Shown here in pieces: positions 1 to 11,263 of a stretch of DNA of 64,000 nt. The notes beneath the pieces were generated by a model. The model was not told where the DNA came from. It saw only the letters and a program-made list of their open reading frames with translations, and searched no databases. Each line of letters opens with the position of its first letter. Positions within the stretch are counted from its first letter, which is position 1. Source of the stretch: Mobula hypostoma. Lineage: Eukaryota. The stretch covers positions 231,696,001 to 231,760,000 of the forward strand of contig NC_086097.1 of NCBI RefSeq assembly GCF_963921235.1, in the 5' to 3' direction. A program made the position numbers and the translations under genes.

Positions 1-1
1 A

Positions 2-178
2 CGACTGACTTTTAAACCTCTAATGTCGGAATGCTATCAAAAAAATCTCAAACCGGCACTATTGTATCCTGCACGTCTCAGAATCTCTCTTCCCGATGGA
101 AATTGTCGTGTTTTCCATTCTACAACTGCTGCCCGAAGCTTTTTGGATGATAAGTTCCCTTCTGATACCCTCTCTTAA
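2..178 (+). CDS. L1 ORF1p C-terminal fragment (partial)
   Basis: Manual translation RLTFKPLMSECYQKNLKPALLYPARLRISLPDGNCRVFHSTTAARSFLDDKFPSDTLS*; LLYPARLRI is typical of the L1 ORF1p C-terminal domain. Confidence 0.85.
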   Translation, partial: RLTFKPLMSECYQKNLKPALLYPARLRISLPDGNCRVFHSTTAARSFLDDKFPSDTLS

Positions 179-995
179 TCTGTGTTGGGTGCTTCCAGCA
201 CCAATTTTTTTTTCTTCTGGTGTTTTCTTTATAAAATGAACCTCTTATTATCGCGCGATGAAGGTTTATTTTAAGTCTAAGATTTTTGTTCTCTATTTAC
301 TACTATAGTTGTTATTCTATAACTTATATAGAATATTTATCTTCTGTAAATTAACATCAGTTTTCTTTTGGTTAACCTTTTGTTTTAACTTTTCCTTTTT
401 CGCTATTATTTATGATATGATTCGACAATCATTTTTAGTTATATGTTTCCTACTTTTGGTTTTCGCATAATCAAAATGGCGACTTGTCTTTCTTTTTGTT
501 TAGCCTCCTTTGTTTCTTTTTCGGGACGCCATGTTCCTATGCTTCTTCTTCCCATAATCCTCCTTTCATTTTGGAAGCGATTTTTTATTTATTCGTTTAT
601 AACTAATTATATGTACTGACTTTTTAAATTTATATATTTTACTAATTTTTATTATGTAGATTAATTATTATACTGGTTATTTTTTACATGCATTAGTTTC
701 TGGGAGATCTTTTATTTAACATATATTTTTGGAGTTGCCCCCTGCAGAAATAGGGTTAGAATTAGTTTTAGTTAGAGCTTCCTTCAGCCATTTCTGGCTT
801 AGTTCGGGGTTCTTGGGGATGGGGGGTGGGTCAGTCCTTTTCTTTTTTAATTTTTTCTATTGGGCTGCTTCAGAACTACCAAGATGTCCGCAGTGTCGGG
901 ATTTCTGGTTCCTCTCTAATCATGTATTCCTCTTCCGGTTCTATGAGTTCACATTGTGGTTAACCCTTTTCTTACCAAAGGGTTAACTCTTAATT

Positions 996-3900
996 ATGGC
1001 TCATACTATTAATTTTGTTTCTTGGAACACAAATGGTTTAAACCATCCTATAAAACGGAAAAAGGTTTTCAAAGTGTTCCAAAGACTGAATGATCATATT
1101 ATTTTTGCACAAGAGACTCATGTAAGGAAAGAGGATAATCAATGCTTCTTTAAGTTTTGGAAAGATTAACAATACCACTCAAATGCTCAAGCTAAAATTA
1201 AAGGAGTTTCAATTTTTATTGATCCTTCAATTACATTTATTCATCAAGACATTATTTCGGATCCTAATGGCAGATTTTTGTTAATTACTGGGGTACTTTT
1301 AATAAAAAGGTCGCTATGGTGAATGTTTATGCTCCGAATGTGGATTACCCTGAATTTTTTAAACAATTATTCACTTCCTTTCCTAACTTAAACGAGTATA
1401 TGTTGATAATGGATGGTGATTTTAATTTATGTCTGAATCCCATGTTGGACAGATCTATAGCTAGTCCGGCTTTACCTAACAAGTCGGCTACTATTATTAA
1501 TTCTTTTATGTTGGATTCTGGGATTTTAGAAATTTGGAGATTTCTATATCCAAATGACAAGGAATTCTCCTTTTTTTCACATGTTCACCGTTCTTTTTCC
1601 CGAATTGATTATTTTTTGATTGACTCTCGTTTGATTCCAGATGTACTTGATTGTAATTATGATAGTATTGTTATTTCAGATCATGCTCCACTGAAACTTT
1701 CCATCAAGTTAATGGACACCTCTTGTACTAGCCGACAATGGCGATTTAACCCTATTTTGCTTCAAGATCAAGATTTTGTCAAATTTATAAAGGAGCAGAT
1801 CGATTTCTTTTTTTCAACTAATACTACGGACGAAGTTTCCAATGGAACTGTTTGGAATGCCTTTAAAGCTTATATCCGTGGTCAGATCATTTCCTATTTG
1901 GCTGGTTTGAAAAAACGTGTTAACAATGAAGTACTTTTGTTGGTTGATAAAATTAAAGAAGTCGATAAAAAATATGCTATTTCTCCCAGTAAGGAGCTGT
2001 ACAAACATAGAGTTGAACTCCAATTGGAACATAGTTTATTATTAACATCCTCCATCACAAATCAATTAATGAGAACTAGGAGTGATTTTTATATTCATAG
2101 TGTTAAATCGGGTAAATTACTGGCTAACCATTTGAAATTCGATTTGGTTAAACGTCAAATTACTAAGATTCGTAAACAGGATGATACTTTCACGGTGGAT
2201 CATGCTGGGATAAATCAAACCTTTCAAGAATTCTATACCTCTTTATATCACTCTGATTTTCCTCATGACTCTAATTTTATGCATGACTTTTTAAGTAAAT
2301 TGAGTTTTCCGAAATTATCACCCAAAGAGTCCCTATCATTAGAAACTTCCATTTCAGAGGAAGAAATAATAACTGCAATCTCATCTTTGAATTCTGGTAA
2401 AGCACCCGGTCCGGATGGGTTTACAGTGGAATTTTTAAAATTTTTTTCCTCCATTCTTTCCTCTAAGTTGTCTAGAATATTCAAGGAAGCAATCAGCTTA
2501 GGTAAATTACCACAATCGTTTTATGAAGCCTCTATTTCCTTAATTCTTAAAAAGAATAAAGATTCTACTGATTGTACATCATACAGACCGATATCTCTTT
2601 TGAATGTAGACTCTAAAATTTTTTCAAAAATTCTAGCAACTAGATTGGAGAAGGTGTTACCTCAAATTATTTCTATGGATCAAACCGGATTCATTAAGAA
2701 TCGCTATTCATCCTTTAATATTAGGAGGTTAATGAATATTGTTTATACCCCTTCATTTACCACCCCGGAATGTATTATCTCTTTAGATGCTGAGAAAGCT
2801 TTTGACAGAGTCGAATGGCCTTATTTATTTAATGTTCTTGAGAAATTTAATTTTAATTTGACATTTATATCTTGGATTAAATTGTTATATTACTCCCCGG
2901 TAGCCTCGGTTTGTACAAATAATTATAGATCTCCCTTTTTTCGTCTTTTTCGTGTCACTAGGCAAGGTTGCCCTCTTAGTCCTTTGCTATTTAATATTGC
3001 TCTTGAACCTTTAGCAATTGCTATTCGTAACTCGCCAAATATTGTTGGTATTACCCGTGGGAACGAAATACATAAGTTATCATTATATGCAGATGATTTG
3101 CTGCTATATATCTCTAACCCGGAGAAGTCAATTCCTGCTATTTTAGATTTGTTAGCTCAATTTAGTAACTTCTCTAGTTATAAATTGAATCTTAATAAGA
3201 GTGAATTATTCCCTTTAAATAAGCATGTACCTATTTATCGATTTTTACCATTTAAACTGGTTAATGATTCATTTATATATTTAGGGATAACAATTACGAA
3301 AAAATATAAAGATTTATTTAAAGCTAATTTTTTACCTTTAATTGATCAGATTAAATTGTTATTTACCAAATGGTCGCCAATCTCTTTGTCTTTGATTGGT
3401 CGGATTAATGCTATTAAGATGATCATTTTGCCTAAATTTTTGTATATATTCCAATCAGTCCCAATTTTCATCCCAAAATCTTTTTTTGATAATGTAGATT
3501 CAAAAATTTCCTCATATATTTGGCAGAATAAAAATCCTAGGTTAGGTAAAAGGTATTTACAGAAGTCTAAAAAGGAGGGAGGGCTTGCCCTCCCGAATTT
3601 TAGATTCTATTATTGGGCAATTAATATTCAATATTTAAAATTTTGGTTACGAGATCTGGATGTATCTTTAAACCCTCACTGGGTAAATCTTGAATCTAAT
3701 TCATTACAAGGGCTTTCCTTGGGTTCGGTTTTAGGAACTTCACTTCCTTTTACTTCTTTTAAATTATATAAACAAATGAATAACCCAATAGTTAAGCATA
3801 CTTTACGTATATGGTTTCAATTTCGAAGATTTTTTGGGTTTAATCAATTTATCCTAGCAAGCCCTATCTTGTCAAACTTTCTTTTTCAACCTTCCACGAT

Positions 3901-4776
3901 GGATCAAGCCTACTCTGATTGGAAAATTAAAGGTATAATATCTTTTCGCGATTTAGTTATGGATAATTGTTTTATGTCTTTTGATCAACTTTCTAATAAA
4001 TATAACTTACCCAGATCTCATTTTTTCAGATATTTACAGATTAGGAACTTTTTAATTACTGTTTCCCCTAATTTCCCACATCCATATCCAACGGATATTT
4101 TTGAAAAAATTTTAGATTTAAATCTCTCTCAGAAAAGTGTTGTAGCAATTATATATAATATAATTATGAATCTATGTCCTGATGCTTCTAATAAAATTAA
4201 AGCTGACGGGAAAGAGAACTTGAGATTACTATACCGACTGAAAAATGGAAAAAAATTCTTCAGTTGGTGAATTCATCCTCTGTGTGTGCTAAACATGTGT
4301 TGATACAGTTTAAAGCAGTGCACAGGGCTCACATGTCCAAAGATAAACTATCTCGTTATTACTCTTATATTAATCCAATATGTGACAGATGTCATTTCGA
4401 GATAGCTTCTCTAACCCACATGTTTTGGTCATGTCCCCTGTTGCAGAAATATTGGAAAGATATTTTTGATATTATTTCAACGGTTTTAAATATAGACTTA
4501 CAACCGCATCCAATTACTGCTATTTTTGGACTACCAATGATAGATTTAAATAATTTAACCTCTTCATCACGAAGAATGATTGCATTTCTTACTTTAATGG
4601 CCAGAAGGTCTATTTTATTGAATTGGAAAGAAATTAATCCTCCTAAGGTATTTCATTGGTTTTCACAAACTATGCTGTGTTTGAATTTGGAGAAAATTAG
4701 AAGTGCAGTTTATGACCCTTCCATCAAGTTTGAAAAAACTTGGAGGCCATTCATTCAGCATTTTCACTTAATGTAA
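996..4776 (+). pseudogene. L1 ORF2p (APE endonuclease, reverse transcriptase, CCHC), disrupted
   Basis: ATG 996 gives MAHTINFVSWNTNGLNHP..QETH; in-frame TAA at 1167-1169; frameshift near 1298 into ORF 1316-4270 (GDFN, SRIDY, SDH, KAPGPDG, YRPISLLN, KAFDRV, QGCPLSP, LYADD); second frameshift near 4208 into ORF 4264-4776 (CDRC-x8-H-x4-C). Confidence 0.92.
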
Positions 4777-5546
4777 TATCTTTATTTTCAAACCTATTCT
4801 ATTTCTCTGTATTGTTGTTGGAGGGGAATGGAGTCGTTGGCACTGAGGTTTTCTTCTTTTTCATTTTTAAGTTCTTAGATTTGCCCAAGTCTTTTAGTTT
4901 AGTTGATTAATTTTGTCTTTCTTTTGGGTTGGGGTTTTCTTTTTGATTTTGGTTTTTTTTTCTTCTTCATGTTTTTTTTTAGTTTTTTTTGATCTGTTTT
5001 ATCCGTTGTTAGTTTTGCATGATTGGGAGTTTTGTCAAATTTCAATATTGGACTTTACAATTACTGTTTGTAAGTGTAACAATTTATCTCCTATTATTTG
5101 TATCATTGCTATGTTTTGTTTATATATTCTAAAATTAATAAAGAGATTGAAAAAAAAAGAAAGATAACTTATTTACCTAATTGCCTCAATATTTTTAAGT
5201 GGACAGAATTTTTGACCACCACACATGAAGTTCGCCACACAGCCAAACCCCACGTCACAATTGAGTTTCCGAAGTGATGTTCAATCAGCTGATTGCAAAG
5301 AATTTAAAGGCCAAGCATTTGGAGGACAGACCATAATCAACAGAGCACTGATGATATCTCCTCGCACGGTGATGAAATGTTTGCAAATAAACTGCCAAGA
5401 TCGGAGAACAACTCAACCCAACTGTTAACCACGCAAGGTACACATTTTCCGAATTATTTCTAAGCACTTTCTCTTTGTTGGCTGGATACCTAACTTAATA
5501 CATTAATACATATGCAATATTAAACAAATTCTCTGCCTCACTGCAG

Positions 5547-5573
5547 ATTAAAACTGATGATTGGGCCTTCAAG
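5547..5573 (+). CDS. Candidate 27-nt host-gene microexon (unidentified)
   Basis: Acceptor ttctctgcctcactgcag| and donor aag|gtaggc in non-repeat DNA; open as IKTDDWAFK or LKLMIGPS. Confidence 0.25.
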
Positions 5574-6029
5574 GTAGGCTTGATTTGACAGGACGAAGAG
5601 GAACAAGGTGATGCGTACATGAGATTGAGGATTTGTTTGCCACTTTGCTGGTTCAGTTGTCTTCTAAACATCACTGTGGTACTGTCCCTCCAGGTTACGT
5701 CATTCTTTCACGCTGTAGAGATACTTTGGGAAAATAGGCAAAATGGGTGAAAAATGAGTGATGCTGGATCTTGTAGGATCATTTAAATCTATAGTGCAAA
5801 AAGGAGGACTATTTAGCCATTATACCCGTGACGGTTAAAAACTTGACCTTAGGTTAATCTCACTTCAAAGACCTTGGATGATAGGTCTGTAGGTTCCAAT
5901 TTCCACTCTTCGTAAATGTGGACAAGTTTATTTCCTCCACTTTCAGGCAGCTCAAATTACATAATTATTTCTATCCTTGCTACCCTCTTTTCCTTCTATC
6001 AATTAACTTAAAAATTAAGTCCGGAGTAA

Positions 6030-6365
6030 TTAGAATCATAGACTCAGACCCTTCAGCCAATCTAGTCCATGCCAAACTGTTATCTTGCCTTGAGCCATTG
6101 ACCCGCACCTAGCCCATAGCCCTCCATATCCCTCCCATCCATGTACCTACCCAAATTTCTCTTACATGTTGAAATTGAACACAAATCTTCCACTTCTGCT
6201 GGCAGCTTGTTCCACACCTGCACCACACTCCGAGGGGAAGAAGATTCCCCTCAGATTCCCCTGAAATAATTCACTCTCAACTCTTAAACGATAACCTGTA
6301 GTGCTATTCTCATCCAATCTCAATGGAAAAAGCCTGCATGCATTTCCCCTATCTATACTCTTCAT
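6030..6365 (-). mobile_element. CR1 LINE 3' remnant (degenerate)
   Basis: Minus strand encodes DRGNACRLFPLRL..GYRLRV, the CR1 ORF2 C-terminus, followed by the CR1 3' UTR. Confidence 0.75.
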
Positions 6366-6559
6366 AGTTTGTCCTTCAATCTCTGCTGTGGGAACTAGCA
6401 TCCTGCCTCGGCCTCTCATATCATTGTATGTTTCAGCCACATCTCCACTCAGTTTTCTTTTGTCCCAAGGAAATCAAGCTCATCTGTGCTCTCTGAAATT
6501 TTCTAACACCAGCAGCCTCCCCTACAGCATAGTAAACAGGATTATATACAGTTTCATCC

Positions 6560-6870
6560 CCTTCCGTCACTATTCCCTTTCGATTCATTCAGCTTCTCTT
6601 CCCTCATCCTCATCCTCCTCCTCCTCTCTCAATAAACTCACCTGCACACACCATTTCATCTCAATTCATTCCCCCTCACTACTTCACCCCTCCTAGTTCC
6701 TTCCTCTTGCTTCAGTTCTCTACCCCCTTTGACAACCCCAGCCACTCAGTTCTCTCCCCATTCACCCTACCCCCCTCCATCAGCTCCTACCCCGACAGTC
6801 ACAATCCTCCCTTCACTTTCTCAGCAAAATCCACAGCACTCAGCTCCTTGCCCAGCACTAAATTCCCCAC
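6560..6870. repeat. C/T-rich low-complexity tract
   Basis: Strong pyrimidine bias with (CCT)n and CCCC runs; purine/G-rich on the minus strand. Confidence 0.6.
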
Positions 6871-6966
6871 TTGGCAACCCATCTATTCTGAGATTGGTGG
6901 ACAATCACTCTAAGACTGGGCACCGCATAGTGTAATGGTTAACATGATGCTATTACAGTTCAAAGT

Positions 6967-7937
6967 TCATAGAACATAGGACATAGAATAGTACAGCACA
7001 GTACAGGCCCTTCGGCCCACAATGTTGTGCCCACTCTTAAAACCTGCCTCCCATATAACCTCCACCTTAAATTCCTCCATATACCTGTCTAGTAGTCTCT
7101 TAAACTTCACTAGTGTATCTGCCTCCACCACTGACTCAGGCAGTACATTCCACGTACCAATCACTCTCTGAGTAAAAAACCCTCCTCTTACATCCCCCTT
7201 GAACTTCCCACCCCTTATCTTAAAGCCATTTCCTTTCGTATTGAGAACTGGTGCCCTGGGGAAGAGGCGCTGGCTATCCACTCTATCTATTTCTCTTAAT
7301 ATCTTGTATACCTCTATTATGTCTCCTCTCATCTTCCTTCTCTCCAAAGAGTAAAGCCCCCAGCTCCCTTAACCTCTATTCATAATCCATACTCTCTAAA
7401 CCAGGCAGCATCCTGGTAAATCTCCTCTGTACCCTTTCCAATGCTTCCACATCCTTCCTATAGTGAGGTGACCAGAACTGGACACAGTACTCCAAGTGCG
7501 ACCTAACCAGTGATTTATAGAGCTGCATCATTACCTCGCGACTCTTAAACTCTATCCTTCGACTTATGAAAGCTAACACCCCATAAGCTTTCTTAACAAC
7601 CCTATCTACCTGTGAGGCAACTTTCAGGGATCTGTGGACATGTACCTCCAGATCCCTCTGCTCCTCCACACTACCAAGTATCCTGCCATTTACTTTGTAC
7701 TCTGCCTTGGAGTTTATCCTTCCAAAGTGTACCACCTCACACGTCTCTGGGTTGAACTCCATCTGCCACTTCTCAGCCCACTTCTGCATCCTATCAACGT
7801 CTCTCTGCAATCTTCGACAATCCTCTACATTATCCACAACACCACCAAACTTTGTGTTGTCTGCAAACTTGCCAACCCACCCTTCTACCCCTACATCCAG
7901 GTTGTTAATAAAAATCACGAGAAGTAGAGGTCCCAGA
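6967..7937 (-). mobile_element. CR1 LINE, 5'-truncated, young
   Basis: ORFs 7376-7945 ([30 protein letters not shown]) and 6967-7347 (RRKMRGD..FFTQRVIGTWNVLP); (TTCTATG)n-like tail; same family as 15433-15945 and 56486-57265. Confidence 0.93.
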
Positions 7938-8235
7938 AGGTTCAAGGTTCAAAGTAATTTTTTTTATTGAAGTACACATACATCACCACATACAACCCTG
8001 AGACCTCTTTTCTTGTGCATATTCACAGTAAATACAGGAAACACAATAGAATTAATGAAGGACCACACCAGCAGAATGACCAAACAACCAATGTGTAAAA
8101 GGCAACAAGAAACGTGTGCAAATACAAAAAGAAAGGAAAAGAGAAATAATAAAAAAAGAAGCAATAAATATTGAGAACATGAGATGAAGAGTCCTTGAAA
8201 GAGAGTCTATAGGTTGTGGGAACAGTTCAGGGATG
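7938..8235 (-). mobile_element. Non-LTR 3'-end fragment (Rex1/L2-like tail family)
   Basis: Ends in aataaa..tttgaaccttgaacc on the minus strand; related ends recur at ~14490-14885, 16380-16772, 29566-29675, 41560-41850, 54660-55130 and 57385-57510. Confidence 0.6.
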
Positions 8236-8493
8236 GAGTTCCAGAGTTTGGAGTTCAACTCCAGCGCCAACTGTGATGAGTTTGTACGCTCTCCCTGTGA
8301 ACTGCATGGGTTTTCCCCAGGTGATCCAGTTTCCTCCCACAGTGCAGAGATGTACTGGTTAGTAAGTTAATTGGTTATTGTAAATTGTCCTGTGACTAGA
8401 CTAGCGTTAAATAGATGCGTTGCTGGTCGGTACTGCTCATTGGGCTGGAGAAGCCTGTTCTGCGCTGTATCGCTACGTGAATAAATGAATAAA
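8234..8493 (+). mobile_element. tRNA-derived V-domain (HE1-like) SINE; its 5' head at ~6917-6965 is probably separated by the intervening insertions
   Basis: gagtttgtacgctctccctgtg..gggttttccccaggtgatccagtttcctcccacag..ggttagtaagttaattgg..gtaaattgtcc core; (AAAT)n-like tail. Confidence 0.7.
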
Positions 8494-8656
8494 GATCCCT
8501 TAATGCTCTGCACCTCTTCGTATCCAACAATTTATCATATGATCCTTGGTCTTGTTTCCCTTCACCTAATGTATTACCTCACACTTTCCTGATTTGAATT
8601 CCAGTTGCCTCTTCTATGTCAGCCTAACCAGTCTGCTTGTTGCTAAGAACTTTCTG

Positions 8657-8790
8657 CACACACAAAATGCTGGAGGAACTCAGCAGGCCAGGTAGCATCT
8701 ATGGAAAAGAGTACCATCAATTTTTCGGGCCTTTCCAGCATTTTGTGTGTGTTGCTTGGATTTCCAGCAACTGCACATTTTCTCTTGTTT
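8657..8790. mobile_element. Penelope-like pseudo-LTR fragments in inverted arrangement
   Basis: cacacacaaaatgctgga..tccagcattttgtgtgtg inverted pair; same sequence family as the 3' end of the Penelope element at 23413-24158. Confidence 0.7.
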
Positions 8791-9489
8791 GTGATTTGAT
8801 CACACACTGCCAGTTGGGACCCAATCATGTAAGATCAAATCATTTATATGTATCATTAAAAGAAAGATAGAACTAAACCAGATAAGATGATAGAAATGAT
8901 TATTAATATATCTCACCACATCTTTTCAAACCCAGAGGAACAAGTAACAACATTGCCTCTGCTTTCTTCATGAACACAACAAAAGTTGCAAACATTAATC
9001 AATGAGCAGATGGATTTTTATTTTAAGAGGTGCAATTTCCTAGCCATTTTATCTTTTAATTTCTCATTAATGAATTCGTTGCAGGCCTGTGGGATTGGGA
9101 AAGTCAATTCAGCGTTTTGTGGATACCATCCTGTCACCTTACTTGATGTTAATTTTACATAAACATATGCAAGAATTTTAAGAAGCAGACTCCTGCTATC
9201 TGTTAGTTGCGGCAGCATGTTAAAACACATTTTACTACCACTTGGAGTGACTTGGGTAAAGTTCAATCCAGGTATCACACAGATAATTAACAGATCTTGC
9301 CCTGTTTACACTGCAGGCTCACCAGGGTACACTGGGTTGTTGATAACGCTGTGGTGACGGACAGACACCAGCAGGATGATATCAAGCACATCTGACTCTA
9401 CCTTATTAGTAATCTATATCGCCGAGTAAAGGCGATGCCTTTTGGGACAGAGTCTAGAAATTATTGGCATTTCCGTGTCTGAAACCTGC

Positions 9490-9780
9490 TGGGCCGCACG
9501 GTAGTGTAGTGGTTAGCACAACTGCTTTACAACGCCAGCGGCTACCCGATCGGGGTTTGATTGCCGTCGTTGTCTGTATTGGAGTTCTGCCTGTGACCAC
9601 CTCGGCTTCCTTCCACGTTCCAAAGATATCCAGTTGGGGCCGGTGAGCTGTGGGCATGCTACGTTTTGGCAGGAAGCGTGGCCACACTTGCCCCCACCAC
9701 TATCCTCACTGACTGGATTTGATGCCAACTATTCACTTCACTGTACGTTTCGATGCACGTGTGACAAACAAAGCTAACCA
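9490..9780 (+). mobile_element. tRNA-derived SINE (V-domain-related family)
   Basis: A-box-like ggtagtgtagtggttagc head and 3' end gtgacaaacaaagctaa; paralogous to 21464-21778 and 61815-63625. Confidence 0.7.
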
Positions 9781-10577
9781 TTAATTTTTAATCAATTGAT
9801 TACTCTGTGGGTAGGGCACAAGTCTAATGCCTGCTGTCGGTTTCACGCAGGCTCAGTGGAACTCACACTGGACCGACAACATTTTAAAGCACATCTTAGG
9901 ATATTTTGCAATGATTTCACTTTATATCATGTAAATGAAAGTTAAAATATGTAACTATTTTAGGAAGAATCCCTGGAATATACAGTACATAGCTTATTTT
10001 CTGCTATTTAAGATATGCTAAAGATCTGTAGTGTACATTTCAGCCTTTACATAGGCTAGTACTGTGAGCCATAGCACATGCCCAGTGTTTAGTACAAATG
10101 AACAGCAAATTGCTTAGTGGAGTCTTTCAAACTAACAGGGATGTTGGCTAAGAGAACTGGGAATTCTTCACCCTCCATAACCTGTTAGGCACTAATGAAT
10201 TTCAAGGCAAATGTCCGTTTAGGGCAGTCACTGACTAACTCCTCCACTGAGAACTCAGTGAAGAGGACCCTATGAGATGTCTGTGCTTGAGTAAGGATGA
10301 CCTCACCCATACCTACCACTTAGAGCAGCCACAGCCAGCCTCATGCAGAGCAAGGTCCGTGACTGCCAAATTGCTAGTTATAAATTGCAGGTTCATAAAC
10401 GTAAAGGAATTCTGCAGATGCAGGAAATCCAGAGCAACGCCCACGAAGTGCTGGAGGAACTCAGCAGGTCAGGCAGCATCTATGAGAGGAATCCAAGCTC
10501 ATGAACTCCATGATGGAATGGGAACTATTTGCAACATCTTACAACTTGCAGTTCCCTGGGTCATTGAAGAGCTCTTT

Positions 10578-11263
10578 TTAGATCATGAGAACACTCAGTC
10601 CTCTTTTATTGTCATTTAGAAATGCATACATGCATTAAGAAATGATACAATGTTTCTCCGGAGTGATATCACAGAAAACAGGACAAACCAAAGACTAACA
10701 CTGACAGAACCACATAATTATAACATATAGTTACAGCAGTGCAAAGCAATACCATAATTTGATGAAGAACAAACCATGGGCACGGTAAATAAAGTCTCAA
10801 AAGTCCCGAGTTGATCGCCTCCCGAGTCCCCGATAGCGGCGGCAAAAGGGAGAAACTCCCTGCCATAAACCTCCAGGCACCGTCAACTTGTCGATACCTT
10901 GGAAGCAGCCGACCACAGCTGACACTGAGTCCATCCGTCCGAAAGCTTTGAGCTTCTGACCAGCCTCTCTGATACAGCCTCCCGAGCGCCATCCTCTGCC
11001 GAGCGCCTTCAATCTTGCCCCGGCCGCTGAAACATGCAGAGCCGAGGATTTCGGGTCCTTCTGCTCCGGAGATTCCAGTTACCACACAGCAGCAGCGGCA
11101 GCGAAGCGGGCATTCCAGAAGTTTTCCAGATGTTCCTCTGCACTCTCACGTCTGTCTCCATCAAATCAGGATTGTGTACGGCACCCTACTTGACAAATAA
11201 CAGACATCACCACCGAAGTGGCTGCGTGTGCTGCCGTCGCACTGCCATCTTCTCCTCCTCCTC
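10578..11263 (-). mobile_element. Non-autonomous non-LTR element, GC-rich, no coding homology seen
   Basis: Minus strand starts ggaggaggagaagatggcagtgcgacg (LINE-type 5' end) and ends aatgacaataaaagaggactgagtgttctcatga; many CpGs retained. Confidence 0.5.

Larger units (their letters stand above)
1..5164 (+). mobile_element. L1-clade LINE, 3' ~5.2 kb of a probably near full-length copy (5' end lies outside the window)
   Basis: ORF1 C-terminus, long T-rich spacer, ORF2 with APE endonuclease, RT and CCHC motifs, T-rich 3' UTR, AATAAA at ~5137 and an A-rich tail at ~5150-5164. Confidence 0.95.

Noticed and set aside
729..986. 85-aa ORF in the L1 spacer as an extra L1 ORF
   Set aside because: Non-ATG (TTG) start and Phe/Leu-rich composition explained by T-rich DNA
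6301..6935. Ser/Pro-rich ORFs
   Set aside because: Arise from the antisense CR1 remnant plus C/T low-complexity sequence
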